Below the pieces are notes generated by a model that saw only the letters and a program-made list of their open reading frames with translations, ran no database searches and had not been told where the DNA came from. Position numbers and translations under genes: made by a program. This document shows positions 24,980-38,095 of a stretch of DNA of 64,000 nt, piece by piece. Location of the stretch: NCBI GenBank assembly GCA_024137785.1, contig JAHRHZ010000068.1, positions 2,366,928 to 2,430,927 of the forward strand, written 5' to 3'. The stretch comes from Ginglymostoma cirratum. Its lineage: Eukaryota. Positions within the stretch are counted from its first letter, which is position 1. Each line of letters opens with the position of its first letter.

Positions 24980-25505
24980 AACAGCAGAAATGTCATTAAA
25001 TATGATGGGGAGATGGTTAGATTCTTCCTTGATGGAAATGGCCACTAACTGGCACTGAGGTAACACATGTTGTACTCCACTTATTAGCCCAAACATAAAT
25101 GTTGTCCAGATCTCATTGTTTATGGGGTGCAGACTCTTCCATGATCTGAGGAGTTGCAAATAGAACTGAGCATTTCAGCAATCATGAATGAACATCCCCG
25201 TTTGTGGCCTTAATATAGAGTGATGGTCATTCATGAAGCAGTTGCAGATGGTTGGCTTGAGTCTACTTCCCTGAGAAACTCAGGCAGCGGTATTCTGAAG
25301 CAAAGATGATTGGCCTTCAACAACCACAATTGTATTCCTTCATGTGAGACATGAGTTCAGCCAGCGAGGAGTTTTCCCCAGGTTCCCACTGACTTCAATT
25401 TTATTTGACTGCTCACTACCCTTCTCATCAAATGCTTCCTTGATGTCAAGGGCTCTTTTGTCCATGTTTACACCAAAACCTGTAACACAGTCTGGAGCCA
25501 ATGAA
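24980..25505 (-). mobile_element. Decayed CR1/L2-group LINE ORF2 fragment (endonuclease region)
   Basis: Recalled similarity to antisense ORF2 of a shark CR1/L2-group family (ttccttgatgtcaaggg...ttttgtccatgttt). No open frame. Confidence 0.5.
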
Positions 25506-26574
25506 CTGTGAGCACCTCATTCAGTGCTTCTGTTCTCAGTTCAACTAGTGAAGCTCCGAGGCATTCTTTTGAAGATTATTCATTGAAGTAATCTTACTGA
25601 TCAGCTTCTTCCTCTGTGGAGATTGGGCAACTCAGTTTGTCATGCTGCGATCAAGTTCTTAATAGATTGCTTAATGACACAGTGGATGTACCATTGCTAG
25701 GATTATATATCACATTCTCATTCTATTTACATCTTTATTCCACTTCTTAAAAATATACAAGCCAAAACATTTTCCCACTACTCTTCACATTTTACGATTT
25801 AGGGAATAATGTTTCTTTCTTAAAACCAAAGCTTTGTAAGACTTTTTGTTTAAAAATTAGCTATAGACTGCAAATATCAATGGGAGTAAAGATCTGAATG
25901 GTTCAGAATTTGCAAGTTAATAAGATGGAATGATTAACAATTCTACAACATAAGGGTAACATTCTCTCAGGTGGTATGGTAATAATGATCAGAGCATAAT
26001 AATTGCTTTGGGAGGCAATCATCATGTAAGTGAGGTATATGTGAATTAGTTCATTTCAATTAGCCCTGCAGATACAAAAACCTTTTTTAAAAAAAAATCT
26101 AGCACCTAAATTAAATGTATTAGTTATATGTTTACTTTGATAAGCCTGGCACACAAGAGATAAATCTCTTTTGACAGAAGCCCTGTACGACAACATTACT
26201 ATTTCTAATGTAAAATCCACGGTAGCAACTCAAGTTTTAGTTTCTCTAAGGTCATGCAAAAGCTCCTCTGATGCCCTGACCTCTTCATGTTACTTTGAAT
26301 GTTTGTCCCGCAGGTCTAAGATGAGAATGTAGAGCACAGAATATGTCATCTCTTGCCATCCTTTTCCTTTGTTAGAGTGTAAACGTCAAATTTCTGAATC
26401 GCCGTTCACTGAAGCAACAAGAACTGCAAAAAAATTAATTAATGAAGATTGCAGCATAACATTAATATTTAATTTTAGTTTTCTGATGAGTGTTAGAGAC
26501 TGACAAATAATAAATCATGTTGAGTTTATGAAAAAGCAGAACCATTTATAGTTAATATTGACAAAGCCATAAAC

Positions 26575-26870
26575 CTTCTGCCTTTGAGTCAGAGTTTGGT
26601 CAATTTGAGCTCCATAACGAGTGACTTGTGTGCACAATCCAGACTGTCACCACAAATAGTACAGAAGAAGTCCTGCACCATCAACTGCACAATCTGATCA
26701 ATTATATAAAACCAAAGCCATTCTGTCTTCTCAGGTAGATGTAAACATTCTCATAGCAATGTTTCACAAACAGAAGGGAGATCTTCCTGATGTCTTGGAT
26801 GGTTTTATCCTTCATCCAACATCATTAAAACAAATAACCAGGAATGAGAGAACTGACAGATTGTGGGATC
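26575..26870 (+). mobile_element. Old Deu-domain SINE
   Basis: ctgcctttgagtcaga head, then ctctcaggtagatgtaaa...ttttatccttcatccaacatcattaaaaca. Confidence 0.65.
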
Positions 26871-28069
26871 GCCCTTCTGTATATAATTTAAAATCATAGT
26901 TTAAAAGTACTATACATAAATTCACATATATATATATATACATAGATATTAAAAATATGTAATGTCTGTTCATTGTTCTTTCTTCCTCATAAAGCTGGAT
27001 AATGAAGACTGATGCCTTGCCCAGTCTGGAATCCCTCCTGTCTGACAGTTAGACTCTCTGCTTTAGGAAGGATGTGTTCTGAAACTATGTTTCATGCCTA
27101 ATCCAATTTCATAGGATACATTCTATCAAATCTGCCTTGATTCTATGGTCATCTTGGTATTCATAGAGAGAACAGAAGGGGATTTAAAGGAATTCCAACC
27201 ACAGGAAATTCTAGGGAGTGAAGATTTCATATTCAACCCCAATCATTTTCATTTGAATACCTGAAGACAAGTTTGTTTTTTGACAAGATTGCCTGCATTT
27301 CCCGAGTCCTATGGAGGAGTTGGTCCTTAACATCTTGCTGTTGACTGCAATGCAGGCTGTTGCCCTTAATGTCACTGACAATATTGAACATGGTGGCTTT
27401 TTCCTGCCTCATACACCTTCTCAATTCCCAGCTTACCCTTGCAATGCTTGCTGGTATAGTGAAAAAGATATTGCTGGCATGATTTCTTGCTTCTCACATT
27501 ACTTCTCTTCCTTCCCCCGCACCCCCCGACACCCCACCCAACCTCTTTGGATTTCCTGTTTTCATAAACTCAAAAACTGCTGCCTGTCTAGCTCCAGCAA
27601 TCCCAGGAGCTTATGAAGGACCAACAGCACAAGCCTCATCAAAAAGACATGTTAAACACTGCAGGCACCAGCTCAAATATTAGCTCAGCATGTAACAACA
27701 CATGATGAGTCATAAATGGCTGCAGCAAAGCCAAGGTTGTTTACCGGAGGGCTAGGCCTCAGATGAGTTTTGTTACAGAGAATACAGATGAGAAACTGAT
27801 AGGTGGCATACAGGAGAATTCAGGTGGCCATGAGCACCAAGTGCTGGGTACATTGGCTGGCGAAGCCTCATGTTTCTTCTGCCCACAGTCACCACTAATA
27901 CCTTTTGTGGATATTCATCACCTTGAAAATCTCTCTCATTGCCCTGCTATTCACATTACAGCCATTTCAATATCTTTCAAAGCCAATTCCCATTACCTCA
28001 ATTTGAACAGTCATAGGCAGGTTGCAAATTGTGACACTCATCCAAAAAATAGGCCAACTAAGTTTCTTT

Positions 28070-28506
28070 TAGACGTAAGAGCAGAAATTAGGCCATTCAG
28101 CCCATCAAGCTCAGCCATTCAATCATAGAATTCCTACAGTGTGGAAACAGGCCTTTTGGCCCAACAAGTCCACACTGAACCTCAGAGCATCCCACCCAGA
28201 CCCATCCCCCGATAACCCACCTAATCTACACATCCCTATGGGCAATTTAGCATGGCCAATCCACCCAACCTGCACATCTTCGGGCTGTGGGAGGAAACCA
28301 GAGCACCTGGAGGAAACCCACACAGACATGGGGAGGATGTGCAAACTCCACACAGACAGTCACCTGAGGCTGGAATCAAACCCAGGTCTCTGGAGCTGTG
28401 AGGCAGCAATACTAACCACTGAGCCAATCATGGCTGATCAGTTCCTCAACCCCATTCTCCTGCTTTCTCCCCATAACACTTGATCCCCTTGATAATCAAG
28501 AATCTA
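28070..28506 (-). mobile_element. CR1 3' fragment interrupted by an HE1 SINE
   Basis: The host resumes across the insertion: gccattcaatcat|...|caatcatggctgatc...ttctccccataacacttgatccc. Confidence 0.75.
28127..28424 (-). mobile_element. HE1-type V-SINE
   Basis: Reverse complement of the 4776-5110 family. TSD caatcat at 28120-28126 and 28425-28431. Confidence 0.92.
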
Positions 28507-29149
28507 ATAAGACCATGAAACATATAAGTTTAACTTGACTCATTCAAATTGACATTGATCACATTGGTGTTTTAACCACATTTTTATTCAGGGAAATAAT
28601 CTACTTCTATTTAGAATGGTGATATATAGTCACATATTAACAGTGATTCAAAGAGCCCTTTTCCTTAAATTTTTTTTATGGATGCCGGAATTCTGTATTG
28701 AAGCATAGTGCGAGACCAGAAATCATGCTTTTAGGCTTCTAGTACATATTGAAATCCTAATGACACTCCTTCTACTTTGAACTAGGACAATATTTCTCAC
28801 GCAAACCATACCATGTTTAAAATAGATGAAGCCACCATCTTAGTATCTTGAAACAATGAATAACCATTAATGCCAGACATTGCAAAACCATCATGACTTA
28901 TCCAGCTTCATCATGTTTTTTTTATATATTCCTTAGATGTATTAGTTTCTTTCCCAATAACTTGTTGAATTATTTATCACTTTCATACAAACTTAGAAAC
29001 TGGTAGGTTTCAGACTCAAAATAAACATCTAGTGTTGGCGCAGCAAAAACAGAAAAAAATATTTTTAGAACTCATTCATATCAGCATTAACAAAATTGAA
29101 GTATCATTTAATATTCTCGCAAAGGTACAAGGTGACATTCTGTCTTTAC

Positions 29150-30325
29150 AGAATTACATAATTACAGAATTGTTACGGTGTTGAATGAGGCTATTTGGCC
29201 TATCGTGTGTGCGAGTGTTGATCTCACGAGAGTTAATCTCCTGCCTTTTCCCTATATCCCTGCACACCATTTCGATCCAAATAATTCAATGTTCTCTTGA
29301 GTGCCTCGATTGACCTGCTTCCATCATGTTTCGAGGCAGTACACTATACACCCTAACTTCTCACAATGTGATATTGAGTCATCAAGGTCTACAACATAGA
29401 AAAAGGAACTTCAGCCGACTTAGTTTTTTCTGACATCACCCCTGCTTCTTTTGCACATCACATCTACATCCCATCCTTTTTTTTCTCTTTTGATCAGGTA
29501 CAACTTATCCCTGTCTACTTGTTCCCACCCAATCATGATTTTGAAAAACTCTATCAAATTTCCTCTCAGCCCACTTCTCTCCAAGACAAATCGTACCAAC
29601 TTCTTCAATCTCCCTCGTAGTTGAAGTTTCTCATTCCTGGAACTATTCTTGTAAATCGCTTCTGCACTCATTGCACTGTATTCGCATGTTTCCTGCAATG
29701 CGCTACCCATAGCTGTATACAATATTCCAGCTTAGGTCCAACAAGTGTCTTGTGTATGTTTAACATCACCTCCCTGTTCCTGTACTCTGTGCCCCTGTTA
29801 ATAAAGCCGAGAACACTTTATGCTTTATTAGCTGCTCTCTCCACCTGCCTTGCTACTTTCCATGATCTGTGCACATGTACACCCATTTCCCTTTGTTCTT
29901 GCACCCACTTTAGAAGTGTATCCCCTATTTTATATTGCCTTTCATTGTTCTTCCAACCAAAGTCATCACCTCCCATTTGTCTGCATTGAACCTCATTTGC
30001 GATCCAGCCGCCCACTCCATTAACTTGTCAACATTCTTTTGGAGTCCTACATTGTACTCCTTACAGTTTACTTTTCTCACTAGTATAACATCATGTGCAA
30101 TCTTTGAAATTGTCCCCTGTGCACCAAGATCAAATTCTTTTACATATATATAGAAAAGTGAGGGGAAATATATATGGAAGATACTGGGGAACTCCAGTAC
30201 AAAACTTCTTCCAGTCTGAAAAATGTTCATTGATCTGTTTCCTATCACTCAGCCAATTTGGTATCCACGTTGCTACTGTTTCTTTCAGACTATCACCTAG
30301 AACTTTCCTCAAGTCTGTTGTGCAT
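29150..30325 (-). mobile_element. Degenerate CR1 LINE (RT C-half and 3' end)
   Basis: Minus ORF pieces read WIPNWLSDRKQ, GVPQ, ISKIAHD, QMRFNADK, QREMGVHVHRSWKVARQV and LRGNLIEFFKIM. Confidence 0.9.
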
Positions 30326-32206
30326 TGCATCTTGTTTTGAACGGCTACAGTTAACAATTGAAAGTTAACCACAATATAGGATACTTTTCAGGATGCGCTT
30401 GACTTACTGACACACGAAGAACATGGGGAAAAAGAGGAGATCCCCGAAGGTAGGTAAAAAAACTGCAAGTGCCTGCCAGGCCCCATTAAGGAAAGGTAAG
30501 AGAAAGGGAATTGTAACTTGCATTTTCAAACCACTAAACAGTCTTGGAAAGTTTCCCTTCTCCCTATGGCTTGCCGTGGTGCTGTGGACAAACTCAAGGG
30601 CCTTTACTGTTGGCCTCCCTCAGGTCAATCTGTGCTTCTTTGCAACTGTTTCAGACATCTGTAAAGGGAGATCAAAATATGGCATAGCCACATTGTTAGC
30701 CAATTCATCTTATGGAGTCTTCTGGTGAGAAAGCTGTCCTTAAGAATCCCAAATCATTAAAATCTACACTAAGGGTACAAATGCTTAATGCGTTCTAATA
30801 AAAATTCTTCCCCTCCCTGCTATATAGTAAATCCAATTAAAAATAAATGGATAAACATCTCTGAAATAACGTAGGAGGGATTTGCAAACAAGCATATTAA
30901 GTTATTGGTACACTCAAATTGCATGGTGTGATTTCTTTTGCTGTTTTCTCTTGATCTATTTTTGGTGCAGTCATAAGCATGGTAAAGCAAATTGTTTGTA
31001 ATTATCCCGCTTTGAATTTTCTATGCGCTGCCTCATTTTTCCCATTAGGACAGCGTTTTGCAGCTAGGACTCAGAATGACACTGCCCTAATGGTGCAAAT
31101 TAATCTGTTCATTCAATTACACAGTTCAATTGTTCAAGAATGGCATTTGTTCAAAACTTGATTACATGATGTTTTCTGAATTTGAGTCTGTGCGTAAAGT
31201 AAAAATCAGTTATATTATACTAATGTCTGAATTGGAAAACACAAGAAATGTCATATCACCTCATTATTCTAACTTACCTGTTATATACATGAGTCATGCA
31301 GAACCAAATCTTCACATATACTCAGTGCTTGGCCATTTTAATCACAGTGTTTCTTGCACATGCAGATAAAGCCGTGGAAATTCAGGAGATTGCCGTCAAT
31401 GTTAAACTTGCTGTGGCCAATGTAGCTATCTTCCCAGCATCAATGACATGCTTGTCAAACTGTGCCCTGGCAATGCACAACCCTTTTTGAGATAAATAAA
31501 ATGAAGCAAAAATATTCTACAAAACATTAGTACCCACATGAGGTGCATAAATATTTAATTGCTCACTGAGAATATTAAAGGTTTTAAATGAATATTCATC
31601 AGAAAATAAATGTAAACAATTATGCAATAAAGTGTAAACTGTACTGTGTTAAAGTCCCCGACGTTTAACGACTGTCCCTCAATAGCAGCAGCTTTAATTT
31701 TGGTGTCAATTTGCTATTACTTCTAAACTTGATACAAAGTTGAAAGTAGGAGCTTTCACTCAAGCTTTAGTGCATATTTTAACCCAAGTTAGCTATGGGT
31801 GTGCTTAGTCCCAATCTGAACTTGTGTGAACCTTATTCAAAAGTATGACAGATGCAGTAGACAAAGGCAGTGTAGATTTCCCGAATCGATGAAGGTCCAG
31901 TATTAAAACACACATTATATGACTGCTTGGAAAGTTGATCGGAATAATTTTAAGGAACAGTACTTGAAATGAGGAAGGGACAACAATTATTTTACAATAT
32001 AATGGAGGTGATTGCTCTGATATCAGAGTGTTGGTAAGTGGTGGCCCAGCTGAATGCCCATTCCTCACCATGACAAAGTTTTAACCCAAAACAAGAAATG
32101 AATTGAATAATGTAATCAACTGATGCAAATGAATAAAATTAGAACTATAAAATTCAATTTTTTTAAATAAACTATTCATATTTCATCCACTCAAAAGCTA
32201 TAGCAC

Positions 32207-32330
32207 TTTTTTTTATTTGTTCTTGGCATGTGGATGTCCCTGCTAGGCTAGCATTTATTACCCATCCTGTTTACCCTGGAGAAGGTGCTGGTGGTGATGA
32301 GCTGCCTTCTCGAAGCACTACAGTCCATAA
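32207..32330 (-). mobile_element. L2/CR1-group LINE 3' end
   Basis: Reverse complement of the tail seen at 59364-59532 (gggtaataaatgctagcctagc..acatccacatg). Confidence 0.7.
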
Positions 32331-32429
32331 AGAGAACTGGTCACCATTGACGGTCTGAGCAAAATAATTAATATAAGACTTCTTCTCTATAGCACAATTC
32401 AGGACCTTTTACCCAATGGAGTACATCTG

Positions 32430-32800
32430 AAATACAGTCATTGTTGTAATGTGGGAAGTATGAAAACAAAATTGTGCGCTTGAAATTTCCAGAAAAGTAA
32501 TGATTTAAATGACCGGACAATCTGTTTTTGTGATGTTGATTGAGGGTTAAATATTGACTCGGATACTAGAGTAAATTCCCCCATTCTGCTTCAGAAAAGC
32601 AGCATGGGACCTTTTAAATAGCTTATATTTAGACAGGACCTCAATTTAATATTTCATCTAGAGTACATCTACTGCACAACCAATAGTGCAGCAGGCTGTT
32701 AGTACTGCATACTAGTGCCAGCCAAGATATTTGCGCTCAAATGTCAGGAGGGGGACTTGAATCCATGGCCTTCTGACTCAAAGGTGAGAGTGCTACTGAG
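32430..32800 (-). mobile_element. Deu-domain SINE
   Basis: tgttgattgagggttaaatattg (Deu domain, antisense) and the antisense tRNA-like head gggacttgaatcca..ccttctgactca. Confidence 0.75.
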
Positions 32801-33379
32801 GAATTAACGGATATTTTGAATTGTCCTTGTTTCAAAAACTTAGATAAAGATCTGTGCCTCAATAGCATTGGCTTTTATTGCCTTTTATTTTCTTTCCTTA
32901 CCATAAAGTATATTCTGGAAATGTGAACATTTTAATTTCAATGTTTTCACATTCCTATTTATAAATATTATGGCAGTGACAGGGCTAATCTCTGCAGAAG
33001 TTCACAGCGTGTCAATGTGAAGCACTACTATTAATCACTATTGTTTGTTTTCTTTCAAGGGAATAACAGGACTTTGGGGTCTGTTCATGAGAGACAACAT
33101 AGCGGATGATGGAGGAAGAACCCATGATAAAAATGTTATGATAAGGTTTATTCCATTTTTCAGTGTGCTAGCATTGGTATGCCATTCCGATTTGTTAGAT
33201 AGGTAACAGATGTATGCAAGATTATTGACAAAATAGATATTAGTAAAGAAACAATAACTAATTAACAAGATTTCTTGAATATTCATAGGGAGGAAGCAAC
33301 AGAGGAAACCATGGCTAACTTTATTTTGTAGCTCATTAAATACAACTGTGTCACCCAAGGTTTAGAAAATAGCTGATGT

Positions 33380-33720
33380 TTTTTTTTATAAAGTCAGAAA
33401 CATGATCCTGCAAATTTATGGGACTGTGTTTGACATCTATTGTAGGAATAACATCAGTGCCTGTTATAATGGTAATATGCTTCAAAAGAATCAAAGCAAG
33501 AGTTCTAAGCCAAAATGGGCTCTGGAAAGGCAGGTCATGCCGCACAAATGTATTGAATATGTTTAAGAATATGTATTTGATGGGATGCTACTTAGAATCT
33601 TTATGGCAAAAGTCAAAAATGTTTGCATAAATTAGAATACCGTAAAATGGATAATAATCTGCCAAAACAAAGCCCTTCTATTGTCTATTCAGACTAGAGA
33701 AAGGGAGGTATCCCCAGATT
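33380..33720 (+). mobile_element. Decayed CR1 RT fragment
   Basis: SQNGLWKGRSCRTNVLNMF corresponds to SQHGF.KGRSCLTNLLEFF. Confidence 0.6.
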
Positions 33721-33787
33721 CCTTGCTAATGTTTACCCAGCAGTTAAAGTTACCGTTACACACTAGCATACTTTATCTCAATACTAT

Positions 33788-33925
33788 TTGTAGGAGATTT
33801 CTGTGCACAAATGGATATTGCATTTGCCATATTGCATTAGTCAAATTACTTCAAACGTGCTACATTGCCTGTCAAGTATTTTGGGATATGATGAAATCAT
33901 GAAGGGCACCATATAAGAGCAAGTG
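33788..33925 (+). mobile_element. Deu-SINE 3' fragment
   Basis: ctgtgcacaaatgg...ttttgggatatg..tgaagggcaccatataagagcaagt. Confidence 0.55.
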
Positions 33926-35571
33926 TGCAAGGTTTTCATCTTTTCAATAATGCAAAACAAATAATAGTGATGAATTGCTGTACTTTAGTTGACTGGTTGT
34001 GTCCAACGATTAGACTTAGGACCTATAAGTACTGCTGTGCTCATATTTTAATTTCAGAATCGAGCTGGTGTGCTTCAAACTTCTATAATTTTTCTGTGCA
34101 TTCATTTGTATCTGAAAGGTAAGGTAGCTAGTACTGATAAAGAGTATTATAATGTCAGTTCGTGAGGTAATGGACAGCCGAAAAGCAATTATAGTTTCGA
34201 CTTTTCCTTTGTAAAAATACAAGACTCTGAAATGGGAGGGTGAGGTGACAGCCACTATCTGTCTACGTAACAGCTGTGAATAAAAGTACACTTCTTCACT
34301 TTTTGGGTACAAAAATACTGATTTTTGTCTCTACAAAAGCAAACAAAGAACAAGTTATATTGCACTGATACATGCATAGGTCAAAAGAATAACAACATGC
34401 CATAGGCTAATACAATCTAGTGCCATTAAGATCAACAATGATTTTTAATTACATTTGAGATCTAAACAAGTAATTACATCATTGTAGCTTTTAATTAAAT
34501 AATGACAACTCTTCAAATAGATCTTTAAAGATTCATTGTCCTCTGCAGGCTGTTACGGAGCTGGATCCACAGAATAATAAACAGCTTCTTAGAAGAGAAA
34601 AGAATCATTTTCAGCAGGAAATGTAAGACATCAGCCTAGAAATTGTTGACAGTAGTAATGCACTTATATTTAATACACTCATATGACAATTGTTTCTCCC
34701 CCATTTTAACTCAGGTTTATTGTGCTATTTATTTTAAATTGTTTAACATCCAACAATAAAATAGCAGACAAAGAAATCTTACATGAGCAGGTTTAGCATT
34801 TGTCAGCGAATAACACCAATAGCAATATTTAATGACATCATACGTCCACTCACATTGGTTAATAATTCTCAGAAGGACAGCTTCCCCCTTAATTAACCAT
34901 TACCAAATAAATGCTGTATATAATGCATTGATTCCAATAAAACATTTCCTGTTGCTCTCACTGGCTTTGAAATTTGTTGTGAGGTCATTAACATGCTTAT
35001 CTTGTTGTTTTTTGCTTGTTAATTTTAACCAAGGTTTTAACTTATGTCAATTTGATAATGGTCTCAATCCACTCGCAGTGAGGTTTTCCTTGAAAATAAT
35101 ATTGCAATATTGAAAAAATTGCTAAAATACTTTGTGATTCATAGCTTTCCACAGCTTTCAGTTTGCAAACAGACTGTTATGTCAATGAAAGATAAGAACT
35201 TCAGTTGAAATTTTCATGTTGCACTGGAACAAAAATGTTTGGTATTGTAATCTCCTAAAGTTCATGATTTCTTGAGGGCTGTACCAGGGATCTCACTGAA
35301 TAAGATGGCAATTGCATACAAATAAAAGAAAAGACAAGGAGCTTATAAAAATGCCTTTAGATCAGCAACGATCATTCTTCTAATATCCCAACCAAGTTTT
35401 ACACAGACAGGATCAAGCTTGCCTGGGGTATCTTATACGTAACATTCAAATAGGGAAGTTCAGTCCATCAATACATTCCAAAGAATAAGGGGCAATGTTC
35501 CAGATGATGTTGCAGTGCATCTTAATGTATTAATCATCATCAACATTACAAAGGTAGTCTGAAAATATTAG

Positions 35572-35678
35572 ACTATCAGTTCTGAAGGAGGGTCACTGGG
35601 CTCAAAATGTTAACTCTGCTTTCTCGCCACTGATGCTGCCAGACCTTCTGAATTTCTCCAGCAATTTCTGTTTTTGTT
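35572..35678 (+). mobile_element. Short PLE-tail element, family B, decayed hammerhead, 14-bp TSD
   Basis: agtt CTGAAGG A GGGTC ACTG GGCTC AAAA TG TT aact, followed by the tail. TSD tctgaaaatattag at 35558-35571 and 35679-35692. Confidence 0.82.
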
Positions 35679-36299
35679 TCTGAAAATATTAGCGTTCTAT
35701 TTTTCGGTTACCTCTCTATTGAAGATTTTTCTTTGCTTTAGTGTTCTGCAGTATAATTACCAAAATAGAAAACACATAGGGACACAAACAAAATCAGTAC
35801 ACTTAGTGATTATTAATAAGTGACAGTGTAAAAATGCAGAAAGAGAAACAGTTAGTATTCAACTGTCAGTTCAATATGAGGTACAACCGGACTCACAAAT
35901 TGGTATTTGCAGCCAAAAAATCTGAAAACTTGTAATTTCGATACATTTAATTGTGCAGACCTCATTTGAAACATTATTGCTACAAATCATAAATATTCAC
36001 TTCGGTATTTCAGAAATACACAACCAGTCAGTTAGAGCAAGGTTAGTTTTTTAAAACATGGGTTTAATTATAGTTTGCAAAAAAAAGGTGGATAAATTAT
36101 AGTGTCTAAATTATTTGCAATGAACTTCTAAAGTTTAAATTGATTGCAAATTCTAGATGTGCTCCACGTTAATTCTTTTTAACTTTTGATTCATGAAGAG
36201 GAAATTTAAAACAGAACAAAATTAATTTAAACAATTTATTGTTCACATCAAATCTTGCTGGCAAGTACATGGTCAGACATTCCATTCTGTAATGTAATG

Positions 36300-37810
36300 T
36301 CCAATATATTACTTCCCTAGTTCCAAGTTAAAGGATGTACCTGAGCAGACGTTTTATATTCATTGAAAAGGAACAAACAAAAGCCTTGGCCCATATTAGA
36401 ACCAATGAGATAGGTGGAAAATGTGTTGGGATACTTCTAGAAGAGTTTCAAGATGTAGCAGAAGGACTAAAGTACAAAACTGCTCAGGGAATAATCTCAG
36501 AATTACTTCCAGTGCCATCTTCCAGTGAGTTTAAATGTGTGGCTAGAGATAAGGTGCGGGAAGAAACATTTAAGATTCTTGGGGCATTAGGATCAGCTCT
36601 GGAGAAGGGGCACCTGTCAGAAATAAGGATAAACATGAACAGAGCTGAATAGGATGAATGACTAAATTAGAAGTTAAAATAATGCTGTTGGGAAGGTTCA
36701 AACAAATTTAGCAGGGGACAGGAACCTGACAAAATGAGGATTGGAATTTTAGTCAGTGAACACAAATATGAACAACAGCAAAACCTAGAACTATTGCAAA
36801 ACATTGCAGACAACAGATTGAGGAAAATACTGAATATTCAAAGGAAAATTATATTGTAAATTTGTCAATGTCCATAGTGTGAATAGTTAAGTTCATGAGC
36901 TGTGTGGACAAATTGCTCCATGGGGTTTTTGGAGTCAGAGGCTGCATTAACAGATAATGAAAAGCAGGATTAAGTTCTAATATGTCTGTTAACAACTATT
37001 CAAGAAGGATGGTGAAAGAAGGAAAAAGTACTGATTAAGGTTGATGCACATTGTTAAATAGAAAGTATTTATGATATGATTCTATTTTTGAATCTATTTG
37101 TCTCAAGTTAAGAAGGAACAAGGACACTCTTATATTGATAGGAGCTTTCATTGAGCCCTAAAAGTGTGAGGTAAGTAGTTATTTGTCAACATATTTCAAA
37201 GGCAAATAACAAAAACAAAATCGGAAGATTAGTAGATAAACTGAGAAAAGCATAATGCTAAGAACTGAGAAGGTGAACAGCTTCAGTTAATTGTGCCTGA
37301 AAAGCTTTCTTGGTCAATTTATTCTCAGTTCAACAAGGAGTTGAAGCTGAGTTCTGAGAAACAAAGAAGAAATTAAGAACAGGATTGTGCTACCGTGGGA
37401 GATCGTCTAGATGCACTGTCATCCACAACATAATTTGTTTTAAAGTGACTTAAAAATGGAGTCAGAAATGTCTAAAGTAAAAATGTTCAACTTTATCCTC
37501 AAATGTCAAGAACAAGATTCAATTAATAACCAAGAACAAAAGGGAATTGAAATTTAATAATGACTAGCAGGGAATATTAAATTAAATGCTGAAACATTTT
37601 ATAAATAAGAAAGATTAAACAGTTTGCTATGGAAATGATTGTCCCTAATAAGGATGCAAAGGTAAATCTTTCTGTAAATGGTGAGAACATAGATGATGTA
37701 CTAAACTTTGTACCTGTCTTCACAAAGGAAGCAGATGATGTAAAGTGTACACTAAAGAGAAAACATTTTTGGAGTGCATAGTAACCAAAAGGATTTACAA
37801 ACATGAGTAA
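36300..37810 (+). mobile_element. Old CR1 LINE 5' part (ORF1 SGNH esterase plus ORF2 endonuclease remnants)
   Basis: ALAHIRTNEIGGK...EEFQDVAEGLKYKTAQGIISELLPVP resembles the CR1 ORF1 H(I/V)GTND...IISGLLPVP motif. Decayed APE motifs lie downstream (ttcaagaaggat, similar to FRKDR). Confidence 0.7.
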
Positions 37811-38095
37811 ACCATTTGGGCCTCAGCCATTCAGTAAGATCATAGCTGATCTGATTCTAGTCTTAGTGCCGCTTTCCAGTCTGCACTCCCCACCACTGCA
37901 CTCCCCACCCCTGTCTCTCACCCCACATTCCAACATCTATCAAAAACCACATAACTAAATTCAATGCCTCAGCCTCCATTATTTCCAGGGGAAAATAATT
38001 CCATACACTAATGACCCTCTGCGAGAAAACACTTCTCCATCTTGAAAGGGAAACCTTCTGTCTTAAATTGTATCCCCTGATCTGATCTGGGTCTT
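37810..38095 (-). mobile_element. CR1 3' fragment
   Basis: gccattcagtaagatcatagctgatctg and aattccatacactaatgaccctctgcgagaaaacacttc are the antisense of the FFSQRV..LWN region. Confidence 0.7.
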
